A DNA stretch of 64,000 nucleotides from Eledone cirrhosa. Taxonomy: Eukaryota. This document shows, in pieces, positions 27,706 through 44,584 of the stretch. The DNA lies in contig OZ024742.1 in assembly GCA_964016885.1 (NCBI GenBank), forward strand, positions 303,242,001 to 303,306,000, written 5' to 3'. How positions within the stretch are numbered: the first letter of the stretch is position 1; every line of letters begins with the position of its first letter. The position numbers and the translations under genes were made by a program. Under the pieces are notes generated by a model, which saw only the letters and a list, made by a program, of their open reading frames with translations, made no database searches and had not been told where the DNA came from.

Positions 27706-28529
27706 TAAGAAAATGCGAAGTAGTTTCAGATGTTAAAGTCCTTTATTGATAAGTTATTGATAAGGCTGTGATAAATATTTCAATGACGACAGTGGCCACG
27801 AGATTAAAACGATAGGGAACGGACAAAGATGATGTTCTTGAAGCCTTCCCCCGTTCCCTCGTGAGCCCTAATTCCCCTCCACAGCTTTGCGCAGGCGCAA
27901 ATGTGAAGGAAGTTGTCCCTCTAACTACTACAACGAAACTAGCTCAGGCAACCACCCAGCTCCAAATCAATCAAACACCCCATACTGGCCGCTTACGGTG
28001 ACACGGTCATAGAATTCACACCCGCCACTAAGTTATAATTTACTGCTAGTCCCAGATCTAACAGTAGCCGACCAAATCTGTGTGTGGTAGTGGTGAAGTA
28101 TAAGTTTCAATAAGTTTCAACACTACCCCTAATTTATGCTTGGACAATAGAATTGACCATCACCGGCGCAAAGAATATAAACTTAATTCTAGGGTCTGGA
28201 TTATTGTTTCACAATGGAAATTAAAATTGGTAATAAGATTGAAAATTAGAAATTAAATGTTATATCTTGAATGAAGTTAAAAAAAAGTAAATAGGAAGAT
28301 GTTTAATTATAGTTAGAAAATATGAAAAGGGGATCAATATTGGATATTACAGATATATTATCCATATATTGAACGATAGTACCTTAACGAAGAATAGAAG
28401 ATAAATTTAAGGTATAGGACGCAATAATTAAACAAACAATTAGTTAATATCTTCGTCTATAACATGAACTAAAAACAAAAAAATACATAGATACAAAATG
28501 AGAGAGGAAAAAGTATATGAGAAAAAACA

Positions 28530-28571
<42 letters not shown>

Positions 28572-28696
28572 ATGTATGTTTAGTATATTTGGCAATATAC
28601 CGTACGTTTAATAAAAAACATTTTAAAGACCATACGCTATCGGTTTTAAAGTAGTGACTATGTCACATACTTCTTTTCGGCGAAAGAAGGGAGAGA

Positions 28697-28738
28697 AGCT
28701 AACAGTCTGTTTCACGGTGTTTGGCGATCATCAGAGCC
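28697..28738 (-). ncRNA. Minimal type I hammerhead
   Basis: ggct-CTGATGA-T-CG..CG-T-GAAA-CAG-a-CTG-TT-agct. Confidence 0.65.
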
Positions 28739-29090
28739 ACGCACTCCCTGCTTCCGCCGAAAATTATAGAAGCTGGATTCTTATAGAATTCCAGTAATAA
28801 CCAGGAGCTGATTATACAGAGCGATTGCCGGTCCAGCAAAAATTAGTTATTAGGACTGGTGGGTGCTCTGAAATAGCGATGTAGGTCTTCAAAATATTTT
28901 TAATTAAACATATGGTATATTGCCAAATATGCTATACATACATTCATGTATACATCACTATTTAAGAGCACCAATACTAATACCTTATTGTTGCTGGACC
29001 GGCAATCGCTCTGTATAATCACCTCCTCATTATTACTGGATTCTTTAAGAATCCAGCTTCTATAATTTTCGGCTGAAGATGGGAGTGCGT

Positions 29091-29132
29091 GGCTCTGATG
29101 ATCGCCAACCAGTGTGAAACAGATGGTTAGCT
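29091..29132 (+). ncRNA. Minimal type I hammerhead
   Basis: ggct-CTGATGA-T-CGC..GTG-T-GAAA-C..G-TT-agct. Confidence 0.6.
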
Positions 29133-29294
29133 TCTCTCCCTTCTTTCGCCGAAAAGAAGTAAGTGACATAGTCACTACTTTAAAACCGATAGCGTATGGT
29201 CTTCAAAATGTTTTTAATTAATTAAACCCACGGTATATTGCCAAATATACTATATATACATTCATGTATACATCGCTATTTCAGAGCACCAATC

Positions 29295-29440
<146 letters not shown>

Positions 29441-29480
29441 GATATTAAATAAATGGAAACTATATTTATAAAACCATATT

Positions 29481-29546
29481 TATTTCATTATATATATTTC
29501 AGGGATATCATATTAACAATATGTTATGCCTTCCTCAGACAAAATA
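29481..29546 (-). ncRNA. Type I hammerhead (family E), inverted pLTR copy
   Basis: Reverse complement of 32345-32410. Confidence 0.72.
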
Positions 29547-29797
29547 CAATATAGACAGTTTTATAGATAAATAGATTTGACATACCGTTCAACATCGACT
29601 TGTATTTGTAAAAGTTGATTTGGCAGTGAAAAATTGTAAACAGAAAGAAAGAAAGAGAGAAAGAAGGAAAGAAAGAAAACGAAGAAAAAGAACAAAAAGA
29701 AGAAATGCATGCAACAAAATACATGCAACAAAATAGAGAGATGGAAAGATAGATAAAGAGAAGAACTTCATGTAAAGAAACAGAGAGAGATATATAT

Positions 29798-30948
29798 ATG
29801 CTTTTACTTATTGATAATAATAACTCTGAACTAAATAGAAAAAGAAAACAAATTACACAATTTTTTAATTACTTTAATCTAAAAATAGAAATTGAGAACA
29901 ACCATAGAATAGTCAATTTCCTAGATATAACATTAAATCTCAACACATGTCTTCACTATCCTTTTCACAAGTTGAATGAAAACTTAAACAATGTCAGCTT
30001 TAACTCTAACCACCCCAGATCTGTCAAAAACACTATAGTAAACTCTGTTCAAAAACGTATCTCTAGAATCTCGTCTAATAGAAAGATTTTCGACGAAAAA
30101 GCCCAGTACTACAATGAAGCGTTAGCTAGAGCAGGATATAGTGATAAGATTATGTACATAGATAATGATAGACAAACTAAACAAAATAACAACTATTTTA
30201 ATTACGGCCACAACCTTAGCAACTATAATAGAAAGCATTACAATAATTCCAAAAGCCAAAAAAGAAATAGAACTAGGAACATAATATGGTTTGCCCCCCC
30301 CCCTTTCTCACTAAACATTAAAACCCACATCGCTAAACTATTTTTTAAAGCTCTTGATAATCGCTTCCCTAGAACACATAGGTATCACTCAATTTTCAAT
30401 AGACATACTATAAAATTAACCTACTCATCCACCAAAATTTAGCACAAAATATTAATAGAATAAATAATAGGAACTTAAAACCTAGCGATAATAGCATAAA
30501 TAATATACAAGTTAACAAATGTAACTGTAGAGATAGATCTAAATGTTCGTTAAATAACAACTGCTTAGTTAAAAATATAATATACAACTGTATTGTTAAA
30601 ACGGACTCTAATTCTTTTAACTACGCCGGTTCCACATCGACGGAATTTAAACTTCGCTATAATAACCACAAGAATTCTTTCACAGATCCAAGCAAAAAAT
30701 CTTCAACAGCACTATCAGGCGTACTCTGGCAACTTAGGCAAGATAACGTTAGATATTCGACGGCTTGGAATATAGTCTCAAGAGGGATTCCTTTTAATTC
30801 ATCCTCTGAGACATGTGACCTCTGCGCGGAGGAGATATTCTTTGTACTAAAATCTAATAATTCCCTTAATCTACGGACAAATTTATTCAGTTGCTGCAAA
30901 CATAGATTGAACTCAACTTTTAAATATAAATTTAAATTTAAAATGTAG
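29798..30948 (+). pseudogene. PLE RT C-terminal half plus GIY-YIG endonuclease (frameshift near 30440)
   Basis: VNFLDITLNL..SNHP..RISRISS..IIWFAPPPFS..IFNRHTIKLTYS, then CNCRDRSKCSLNNNCLVKNIIYNC..YAGST..CDLC..CKH. Confidence 0.85.
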
Positions 30949-31422
30949 TATATTTAGTTTGATTTATAAGTATTTGGGAAACTAGCCGATAAATCTTTCG
31001 ATTTCTTCTTTTTATTCTTCTTTTTATTTTTATTTTTATTTAAACATTCTTCATGAAAAATTAAACTACCCTAAAAGTTGATGCTCCAAATATTTCGAAT
31101 AAACGTTACACTAGATAAACTTCTATATTAAATATAAGAACATATGTAGACCAAATGGGCATCCTAAACTTTTTGAAATGATTTCTGCTAGACGCGACTT
31201 GGTAAATAATTTTTAGCTTTATCTGTTTTCGACTCTGATGCTTATAATGAACTTGGCAATATATTGTCAATTAATTTTGAAGGGTTGATCTTTGTGGTCG
31301 ATTTGCGTGGCATATTATGTTTCTATTATGTTTTTATTTTTTTTATTTTAATATTTTTTAATATTTTTTATATTTTTATTTTTAATATGTAATATTTTTT
31401 AGTTTTCTATTTTATTTATTTG

Positions 31423-31424
<2 letters not shown>

Positions 31425-31497
<73 letters not shown>
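31425..31497. repeat. (ATT)n microsatellite
   Basis: Direct reading. Confidence 0.95.
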
Positions 31498-32344
31498 TTT
31501 GTTTTTGTTTCTGATATTTTTTATTAATATATTGAAATCTGTTCTCTATTTCTGCTTGATAGATAATCATGTAGAGTAAAGACAAGAATAGTATTGTTAA
31601 AATTAATATAGACTCTATATTACACATATATGTATACTTAAATTTTTATAGCACAATGAGAATGTTCTCCGTGTGAAATAGGGGTTTGCAGAGTTGATCA
31701 CGTAAATTCACATCGATGTTTGTAGTTATCATATAAACATATGAATTTTTAAAACTAGACATAAGATCATTACTTTTCACACATTATGGATACGTGTCTC
31801 ATTCAGGAATACTGATATTTACATTATAGTGCCTGGTTTTTATACGAACTAATATTTCTACATTAAAACATAGGGTTTTTAAATTCTGCCTCGCCTATGT
31901 CTGGTTACTTTTCATTTTTCTCTCTATATAACGGCTGGTTTCTTTCCTAACCACATATATCTCCCTTACATTAATACTAGAGCTAAATAAATAAATAAAT
32001 AAATAAATGTATCATTGATACGTTCATTCAACGGATGTTCAACTACCTACTTTTCTCTATATATATCTATCTCTATCTATTTCCTCTCTCTCTATATATA
32101 TCTCTCTCTGTTTCTTTACATGAAGTTCTTCTCTTTATCTATCTTTCCATCTCTCTATTTTGTTGCATGTATTTTGTTGCATGCATTTCTTCTTTTTCTT
32201 CTTTTTCTTCGTTTTCTTTCTTTCCTTCTTTCTCTCTTTCTTTCTTTCTGTTTACAATTTTTCACTGCCAAATCAACTTTTACAAATACAAGTCGATGTT
32301 GAACGGTATGTCAAATCTATTTAATAATAAAACTGTCTATATTG

Positions 32345-32410
32345 TATTTTGTCTGAGGAAGGCATAACATATTGTTAATATGATATCCCTGAAATATATA
32401 TAATGAAATA
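32345..32410 (+). ncRNA. Type I hammerhead (family E) in the H1 pLTR
   Basis: tattttgt-CTGAGGA-AGG..CCT-GAAA-TATATA-TA-atgaaata; stem II covaries with the 1084-1147 copy (AAG/CTT). Confidence 0.75.
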
Positions 32411-32537
32411 AATATGGTTTTATAAATATAGTTTCCATTTATTTAATATCGTAAATATACTCCAAATACTTGTTGAGTGCTTTTATATCAGTTATAAATA
32501 TTTACTAGTTGTAACCCAACAATTTAAATATAACTTT

Positions 32538-32593
<56 letters not shown>

Positions 32594-32598
32594 AAGCC

Positions 32599-32643
32599 CT
32601 GATGATTTCTCCCGAATGAAACAGTTCTAATCCTGTAGAAGCC
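32599..32643 (+). ncRNA. Hammerhead lacking the 5' strand of stem I (truncated element 32591-32730; related 3' half at 18001-18120)
   Basis: CTGATGA-T-TTC-tccc-GAA-T-GAAA-CAG-ttctaatc-CTG-TA. Confidence 0.55.
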
Positions 32644-32728
32644 TTTTCTAAATTAAATATATATACTCTGCTTTGTATTGACTAGCTTACTTACTGTGGT
32701 TACCCCCGATTGAACGCGGGATAAACTT

Positions 32729-32762
<34 letters not shown>

Positions 32763-33011
32763 AAGTTTATCCCGGTTAGAAAAATGATATTTATCCGACA
32801 GTGTCTAACGCCTAATAATAAGGATTTCTAATGTAGACATTAATTTGTGGAGTTAGGCATGGAAGTCATTTAAATCGACTCAAGTTCTTGACTACTACTA
32901 CCATATTAACGGCAGCTGAATTATGAAAATCAAGTTGACTTCGGCAGGATCTCAACGTATAAAGCCGAAAAATATACTACAAAGTTTTTATCTGACACTA
33001 ATAACAATCCC

Positions 33012-33297
33012 TTCTAACATTGGTACAAGGCGAGCAATTTGGTGTAAAGGTGAAAGTCGATTATATCGACCCCAGAGATTGACTGGTATTTATTTTATCC
33101 CCCACAGAAGGATGAAAGGCAAAGTTGATCTCGGTAGAATGTAACGGGTTCTAACTCCTGCCAATCCACGCCTTTGTTTGCTATATTAAAAATAATTGTT
33201 TCTACTTTTGGCACAAGGCCATCAATTATCCAGTACATTACTGGTACTTTATTTTATCGACCCCGTAAGGCTGAAAGGCAAAGTTAACCTCGGCGGG
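33012..33297 (-). mobile_element. Two adjacent partial tRNA-derived SINEs
   Basis: Two copies of actggtaYttatttTatc..ccc..aaggNtgaaaggcaaagtt. Confidence 0.7.
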
Positions 33298-33428
33298 AAA
33301 AAAATAATAGTAACATATTATATATTCTAATATTTCCTTCAGTGTGACACATGTGTGCGACACACATACAGACACATACACACGCACACAAACACGCACA
33401 CACACACACAGACACACACACGCACACG

Positions 33429-33507
<79 letters not shown>

Positions 33508-33679
33508 ACACACACGGCGAGATAACTAAATAGATATATAGATAGGTATTTAGGAAAGTTAGTACCTACCTAGATACATAGAAGTCTCACCCATACATGC
33601 CAGTTTCCCCCCTTGAAGTCATACAATTTCAAACACGCATCAACACACACACACACATATATAGATATATATATATAGA

Positions 33680-33955
33680 GAGAGAATAAAGACGATGTGG
33701 TAAATACCAGGTGGACCATAACACACCAGAGTAATCGATAATTAGGGTAGTAATGTGGGTAATAGGGAAAGAGTCAAGACCCCGACGGCTGAGCTCCGGC
33801 CGTTTCGGCAGCTAGATTCGAACTAACGTTAGTTCGGATCTAGCCGTCGGGGTCCTGATTATTTCCCTATTACCCACTCTACTACCCTAATTATCGAGTA
33901 CTCTGGTGCGTTATGGTCCACCTGGTATTTACCACATCGTCTTTATTCTCTCTCT
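33680..33955. mobile_element. Family D fold-back palindrome
   Basis: About 270-bp near-palindrome centred on gaactaacgttagttc; TA/GA repeat flanks. Confidence 0.75.
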
Positions 33956-34090
33956 CTTTCCCTATATATATATATATATATAAGGAAGAGCTCTGCCGTG
34001 GGGTCAGACCTTTTCCTATGTGTGTGTATATATATACGTATATGTATGTGTGTGTGTATTTGTGTGGTTGTGTGTGTATGTATATATATG

Positions 34091-34121
<31 letters not shown>

Positions 34122-34430
34122 ATGTATATGCATAATCACATACAGTGATTTAATGCTTATTTTCATTGATCATTTGCTCCAGGAACTTGTTGAGTGCTCT
34201 AAATCAGCTATAAACATTTATACCCTTTTCTAATTATTTTTTTTAAATCCATTATTTGTCGTATTCCCAACTTTTTATTTTTATTTTTATTTTTATTTTT
34301 ATTTTTATTTTTATAATATTTAGGTTTTTTTATATATATGATATTTATGTTCTTTCTTATATATATATATAATTATACATGTGTGTGTGTGTGTATGTAT
34401 GCATACGTATGTGTATGTATACGTGTGTGT

Positions 34431-34480
<50 letters not shown>

Positions 34481-35068
34481 GTATATATGTGTATATATAT
34501 ATGTATATATATATTTTAGAGTTAAACAAGGTTCCTATGAATACATCATGAGTTTTACACACATATATATGTGTGTGTTTGTATTTGTATGTGTTTGTGA
34601 TATGTATATATATGTATGTGTTTGTATGTATGGATATGTATGTATGTATATATATATATTTATATATATATTTATGTGTGTGTATATATGTATATGTGTA
34701 TGTGTATGCGTATGTATGTGTATATGTATTTGTATATGTACGTGTATGTGTGAGAGTGTGTATGTATTTATTTTTACGTATGTATGTGTACGTGCAATTG
34801 TGTGTATTGCTTACCACGTGTGTTTGTTCATTTATTTGTTGCCTGTATCGCTGTCAAGGCTATAATAATCTTTATATTCATTTTTATTCTTATGTGACGG
34901 TATTTTTATTATTATATATTTTTTTTAATATTTATTTGTGTGTGTGAGTATGTAGGTGTGTGTACATATTTCTATATTTGTGCATGCGTATGTATGCGTG
35001 TATATATGTGTGTATGTATGTGTATGTATGTACGTGTGTATATATATATGATTTATGTATATGTATGC

Positions 35069-35146
<78 letters not shown>

Positions 35147-35400
35147 ATATATATGTATGTGTGTGTATGTATGCATATATGTGTTTATGTATATATATAT
35201 GCATGTATATACGTGTGTGTGTGTGTATGCACGTTTGTGTATTTGTATGTATATGTATGGATGGATATGTTGATAATTATGTGTGTATGTATGTATGTAT
35301 GTGTATATGTATGTGTATGTATATATATACACATATATATGTGTGTGTGTATGTGTATGTGTGTGTGTGTATGTATGCGTGTATGTATATATATATATGT

Positions 35401-36003
35401 CAGGTCACCAGTTGGTGCTACTGGTAACATGTATCCCAGTACAACCTGTTTCATGGTCGGGTCGTTGGCGACTAAACTGGCAACCCCACCAAGGTTTCTT
35501 GGTGAGGAGGGTGACTTTGGACATCCTGCAGGACTAAAAACAAAACCTGTCAAAGGGCAAAGGAGCTCTTAAGAGTCAATGGCCATCCAAAATCACCGGG
35601 AGAGACGACCCCTTAGCCTTTGTCAAGGCAGAATTCTAGGAGAAGGAAAACTCTGATATAACACCTGCAACCCTGATGGTATCCAATGATGTTGACTTGT
35701 TCTACTTTTTGGTAAATATCATCTTGGTTAAGAGAGTGGGACTGGCTCTGTGCAATGCCTTTGCTCACTATAAAAGCTTCATGGCACAGGCATTGCTTTA
35801 TATCTGGAGATCTCTGCACTTGTCACATGGTACCATGGGCCCAGGACTATGTGTCAATAATTGTCACAAGTGTAGTGTTTGTACCAGAGTTATCAAGTCG
35901 CTGGCTGGACTCAAAAGTCACACTCATTCAGCGCATCGGTAGGGGTTCTCCTACATGGATATAAAGTAGTGGCCGTACTCGAAAACGAGTTGGCAGCCGC
36001 CAT
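35401..36003 (+). mobile_element. RTE-like non-autonomous element (5' part) inserted in the H2 5' pLTR
   Basis: Absent from the 3' pLTR copy (about 40820); matches 5810-6209 and, inverted, about 44995-45090. Confidence 0.7.
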
Positions 36004-36152
36004 ATATATATATATGTGTATGTATATAATTGTGTGTGTGTGTGTTTGCTTGTGTGTTTATTTTTCCTTTCCTTCTTCCTTTTCCAGCCTCACTTTCATA
36101 TAGATTATATTTTTGTTTTTAAAATCCAATGCCAATAAATACACCAGGATTT

Positions 36153-36213
36153 TTTCATTCTGATGATTGAAAGCAAAATTTGTTTGCTTTTAAGAAGCCA
36201 CTGGTAAATAAAA
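36153..36213 (+). ncRNA. Type I hammerhead family C (GAAA>GAAG mutated)
   Basis: tttcatt-CTGATGA-TTGAAAGCAAA..TTTGCTTTTAA-GAAG-CCACTGG-TA. Confidence 0.6.
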
Positions 36214-36424
36214 TAATTGCCTTATGCTGTTTATTACATAACTATTAAGCTCTGTTACCTACATAGAGCACTCTTTTTTCCTGGACTTTTCCGACGGAAA
36301 TACTTCATTTATACAGCTCCAACCGGGATTGATTGAAGCATATTTTATATTACATATACGATTGGCACTTTCCAGCCCGATTAGTTGAGCACTCTACAGT
36401 TTTCAGGAATAACCAACATACACC

Positions 36425-38553
36425 ATGGACCTTTATGAATTGGATTATTCAATAAAAAATATACCTACTCCTTCCAACACAACTTATACCAAAATGCTTA
36501 TAGATAAAATCGAACAAGTCGTTAAAAGAATGAGATGGAAGGCAATGGTTTACGATGGACTATTCAGTGCTGATACTAATGATTGTTTTGACATAAAATC
36601 CCGTAAATATCCACCTAGAATTAAAGACATGGCCAACTTCCAATTAGACCTTGTTAATTTAATTAGTGATATCAAATTTCGTAAGTACAATAATAATTTT
36701 CAAACTAAACTGTCTAACGATATTTCTAATTTTAAAAATTCTACAAACACTTTTGTTCTTTCCGATAAAACTGAAAATCTCTTTGAAGTTAATAGTATTT
36801 TGTATAACCAACTTTTAACTAATCACCAACAAATATCAATTAACTAATAATAATACCTACAATACTATTAATAAAGAAGCTAAAGAACTAGCTTGTTCTT
36901 TAAAAATACACAACCGGATTGAAAGCCTAGCTAAGGGTAAAGCATATATTACCCTTAAAGACCATAAATTAGACTTTACTAATCGACCTAGTTGTAGACT
37001 GATTAACCCGGCTAAATCTGAAGTTGGCCTTGCAAGTAAAAAAATCTTAAGAAAAATAATTCTCCAAATTAGAACTATGACTGACCTATCACAATGGTTA
37101 AATACATCCTCTGTTATTTCTTGGTTTAATAATATACAAGATAAAAATAAGTGTAGATTTACCCAATTTGATATTGTTGATTTTTACCCCTCTATTACTG
37201 TTTCCTTATTAACTAATGCCTTAGAGTTTGCAAGACCCTTCATTAATATTTCTAAATTAGAAGAAGACATTATCTTTCATGCTAGAAAAACTTTACTCTT
37301 TACTAATGAAAGTATTTGGGTTAAAAAGTCAAACCCTGAAAACTCTTTTGATGTTGCAATGGGTTCATATGACAGTGCGGATGTGTGTGACTTAGTAGGA
37401 TTATTCCTTCTCCACACCCTCAAAGAGAAATTTCCTTCCCATAATATCGGTTTATACCGTGATGACGGATTGGCAGTTTCTCATACCACCAACGGCCATA
37501 ACCTTGATAAATTCTGTAAAGATTTAATCAATACTTTTGCTAATCTTAACCTTAAAATTACTATAGATAAGAACCTTACCAATGCTAACTTTCTTGATAT
37601 TAATCTTGATCTACTTACTGCCTCTTTTAAACCTTATCATAAACCTAACGAAAATCTTAGATATATACACAAAGAGTCTTGCCATTCCCCTATAGTCTTT
37701 AAAAATCTTATTCCCAACATTAGCCGTAGGATTTCTACCTTATCTTCGTCTCTAGACATTTTAATAAAGCCGTTCCTTATTATAATAAAGCCCTTAATAA
37801 AAGCGGATTTACAGAACAAATTAATTATTTATCTACTCCCCCCCCCCTAAAACTAACCACAATAATAGGGAAAGGAAAATTATTTGGATTACACCCCCCT
37901 TCTCTCTAACTGTCAAAACTAATGTAGGAAGGAAATTCCTTGACCTCTTAGATAAACATTTTCCTCCTAATCATAGATATTATAAGATATTTAATAGAAA
38001 TGTAGTTAAGATCAGTTACTCTTGTTGCCCATCAATGAAGTCTAAGATCACTAATTCAAATCGTGCGAGAACAAATCCAGGATGCAGTTGTAGGAAGTCG
38101 GATGAATGCCCATTACAGGGCAAATGTAACACCAAATCCGTTGTTTATGAGGCCAAAGTGACACCTTTAATCAACAACCTGCCAGCCAGGAGTGAGCGAT
38201 ATGTTGGCATGACCCAGGACAGGTTTAAAACCAGGTTTTATGCACATGTGGCTTCTTTTAAGCACTCCGATAAAAGAAGAGCAACGGCCCTCGCAAGTAA
38301 GGTGTGGGAATTCAAGGATAAAAACATCCCGTACTCTATCGATTGATCTATTCTAGACCATTCGAGGGAGTACCAAAGCGGCACAAAGAATTGTTCTTTG
38401 TGTACCACGGAAAAATATAGAATTTTACAAAACTTGAAAGTCACTTCTGCTTGCCTGAACTCAAAGACCGAGATCTTCAGATGTTGTCCTCACCTGAAAT
38501 CACACCTGATCTGTAACTGGATTGACGTTCTGACGATAACTCAACCACCTTGA
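36425..38553 (+). pseudogene. PLE ORF (RT plus GIY-YIG endonuclease), disrupted by frameshifts and a stop
   Basis: YSIKNIP..KRMRWKA N-terminus, SDKT, QFDIVDFYPSI, FDVAMGSYDSA, GLYRDDGL, CSCRKSDECPLQGKC..VVYEA..YVGMT..CSLC..CPH. Confidence 0.9.
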
Positions 38554-38750
38554 ACTCCTTTCCTGCTCTTTACTTCCACTACGGGTTTTTTACCTGCTGA
38601 ATCCACGTTTTGTACTCTCGTATTCTCTTTCTCACTTATCTCCCCTTATAAACCCAATTTTTTTATTTTTAGATATTTATTTTTGTGTGTGTGCGTGTGT
38701 GTTGCGTATATGTGTGTATATGTGTATGTATATATATATATATATATATA

Positions 38751-38953
38751 TAGGAACCAGTAAGACCCCGACAGCTGAGCTCAAGCCGTTTCGACGGCTA
38801 ATTCTGGACCAGAATTAGTCCAGAATTAGCCGTCGAAACGGCTTGAGCTCAGCTGTCGGGGTCTTACTGGTTCCTATTACCCACTCTACTACCTCAAGTA
38901 TTGAGTACTTTGGTGCGTTATGGTCCACCTGGTTCCTTACCACATTTCCTTCG

Positions 38954-38955
<2 letters not shown>
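38751..38955. mobile_element. Family D fold-back palindrome nested in the H2 3' UTR
   Basis: Arms about 38751-38809 and 38818-38876 contain GAAA-CGGCT-tgagctc-AGCTG-TC-ggggtc. Confidence 0.7.
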
Positions 38956-39031
<76 letters not shown>

Positions 39032-39136
39032 ATATGTATATGTGTATGTATATGTGTGTGTATGTTTATATTTATCTCTATGTATATGTATATGTATATA
39101 TAACTGTATATTATATACTTCTGTTGTATTTGTGCG

Positions 39137-39258
<122 letters not shown>

Positions 39259-40506
39259 CATGTCTGTATGTATGTGTGTATATATAGATTTAATGTGTGT
39301 GTGTGGACGTGTGTATATTTGTGCGTGTATATGTATTTTTATATAATGCTTTTGTGTGTATATATATAATAGCCTCAGAAACGGCTAGAGCTCTGCCGTG
39401 GGGCTAGACTTTTTCCTATGTGTGTGTATATATATACGTATATGTATGTATGTGTGTATTTCTGTGGTTGTGTTTGTGTGTGTTTGTGTGTATGTATATA
39501 TATGTATATATATATATATATGTATGTGTGTATGTATATGCATAATCACATACAGTGATTTAATGCTTATTTTCATTGATCATTTGCTTCAGGAACTTGT
39601 TGAGTGCTCTAAATCAGCTGTAAACATTTATACCCTTTCTAATTATTTTTTAAATTTATTATTTGTCGTATTCCCAACTTTTTATTTTTATTATTATTTT
39701 TATATATACAATATTTAGTTTTTTTTATATATATAATATTTATGTTCTTCCTCATATATATATATAATTATATGTGTGTGTGTGTGTATGTATGTATGCA
39801 TACGTATGTGTATGTATACGTGTGTGTAGGTATATATATATATATATATATATATGTGTATGTATACGTATATATGTGTATATATATATATATATTAGAG
39901 TTAAACAAGGTTCCTATGAATACATCTAAGAATGAGTTTTACACACATACATATGTGTGTGTTTGTATTTGTATGTGTTTGTGATATGTATATATATGTA
40001 TGTGTTTGTATGTATGGATATGTATGTATGTATATATATATATATTTATATATATATATATATATGTGTGTGTATATATGTATATGTGTGTGTGTATGTA
40101 CGTGTATATGTATTTGTATATGTACGTGTATGTGTTAGAGTGTGTATGTATTTATTTTTACGTATGTATGTGTACGTGCAATTGTGTGTATTGCTTACCA
40201 CGTGTGTTTGTTCATTTATTTGTTGCCTGTATCGCTGTCAAGACTATAATAATCTTTATATTCATTTTTATTCTTATGTGACGGTATTTTTATTATTATG
40301 TATTTTTTCTTATATTTATTTGTGTGTGTGAGTATGTAGGTGTGTGTACATATTTCTATATTTGTGCATGCGTATGTATGCGTGTATATATGTGTGTATG
40401 TATGTGTATGTATGTACGTGTGTATATATGTATGATTGTGTGTATGTATGTATGTATGTATGTATGTGTATGTATATATGTATGTATATGTATGTATATA
40501 TGTATG

Positions 40507-40583
<77 letters not shown>

Positions 40584-40964
40584 CTATATATATATGTGTG
40601 TGTATGTATGTATATATATGTTTATGTATATATATATATATATGCATGTATATATATTTGTTTTTGTGTATGCACGTTTGTGTATTTGTATGTATATGTA
40701 TGTATGGATATGTTGATAATTATGTGTGTATGTATGTATGTGTAAATGTATGTGTATGTATATATATACACATATATATATGTGTGTGTGTGTGTGTATG
40801 TATGCGTGTATGTATATATATATATGTGTACGTATATAATTGCGTGTGTGTGTGTGTTTGCTTGTGTGTTTATTTTTCCTCTCCTTCTTCCTTTTCCAGC
40901 CTCACTTTCATATAGATTATATATTTGTTTTTAAAATCCAATGCCAATAAATACACCAGGATTT

Positions 40965-41025
40965 TTTCATTCTGAAGATTGAAAGCACAATTTGTTTGCT
41001 TTTAAGAAACCACTGGTAAATGAAA
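40965..41025 (+). ncRNA. Type I hammerhead family C (intact core)
   Basis: tttcatt-CTGAAGA-TTGAAAGCA..TGCTTTTAA-GAAA-CCA-c-TGG-TA-aatgaaa; 7-bp stem I. Confidence 0.8.
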
Positions 41026-41055
41026 TAATTGCCTTATGTTGTTTATTACATAACT

Positions 41056-41123
<68 letters not shown>

Positions 41124-41329
41124 TAATAATAATAAATTTGAAGACTAAAATCCAAAGAGGGCTCGATGAGGATAAATATATATCAAATATATAAGAACCG
41201 TAGAGCAAATATTTATTAAAATAACATTAAAGTTTAAGCAAAGAATCGCTGCCTCACCCTTAACGGGATCTTCTGAAACGCTTTCACCCTTAACGCGATT
41301 CTTTGCTTAAACTTTAATCTGTTATTTTA

Positions 41330-41416
<87 letters not shown>

Positions 41417-41749
41417 CAGATATATATATTTATATATATACACAAACGTTTGTTATCTTTTATGTTATTTGTATGTATAGTGACTTGCCCAAGGTACCAC
41501 GCAGCAGAACTGATCCAAGACCTAACTAGTTACCAATCGAAATCCTATGACATTTGACCATGCTCGCACCTACATTGAATATATTTTAAAAGTAAAAGTT
41601 GAGATATTTCTATACTCTCTAACTGATAATTCCTAGTCTCTTTAATCTGCAGTGGAAGAATTGACGTCAGTAATAGGGGTGGAGTTACTTGCATATTTGT
41701 TAAATACATTCAGCAGAGACAAAACTGGCGATGGGAGGAGACGTTACTA

Positions 41750-43905
<2,156 letters not shown>

Positions 43906-44584
43906 GACATTTAAAAATAAGTTTCTCTATGTACGTAGGAGCATGTAGGAAACAGTCATAATGTATGATATTTCAGAAGTTAAGTTTAAATCAGTCGTAC
44001 ATAGTGATATGGGGTTATATCTAAAGACTACACTATGTTTGAAATACAATTACCTGGGACACTGAGAATACGGGCCTGCTAACATACATAATTACATACA
44101 AGCATACAATCATACATACATACATACACACATACATACATACAGCTAGGCTTCACAGGAACAAGGCAATTACAAGTACAATCCATTAATGGAACAGTAA
44201 AAATATGTAAAACATTCCAACAATTTTGCATCTAATAACTGCATATATACATATACAGATACTGAGCAAAACATCAACATACAAACATTCAATAACATAC
44301 AATACTAAAACCATCCACATACACACACACAATAACATCCATATCTACACATGCATCCATGCAGACATACATACATATCTACCTAGTTGATGCTGTGTAA
44401 ATTCCAATGAGAGAGCCTTGTGTCTATGTTAGAAACCGACTCTCTCGCTATTGGCAAACATTTCTGAAATAATTGTTTCTACGTTTTGGCAAAAGGCCAG
44501 CAATTACCCAGTGCATTACTGGTACTTTATTTTAACGTGCGCAATAATAAAACCAGAAGAAGATACATACATACATACATATCT

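Noticed and set aside
27889-27900. Isolated NRF1-like TGCGCAGGCGCA in a modestly GC-rich patch
   Set aside because: It is a single motif with no linked gene or second copy, which is insufficient for a promoter call.
38344-38346. In-frame TGA in PLE H2 as possible selenocysteine (as in Naiad PLEs)
   Set aside because: It aligns with a conserved Trp (W in H1 and H3), the ORF has other disruptions, and the endonuclease is C-terminal; a TGG>TGA mutation is simpler.
41245-41290. Candidate hammerhead CAGAAGA-TCCC-gttaa-GGGT-GA.. on the minus strand (also about 22370-22400)
   Set aside because: The core is rearranged, and no convincing helix III, cleavage triplet or helix I could be built; not counted.
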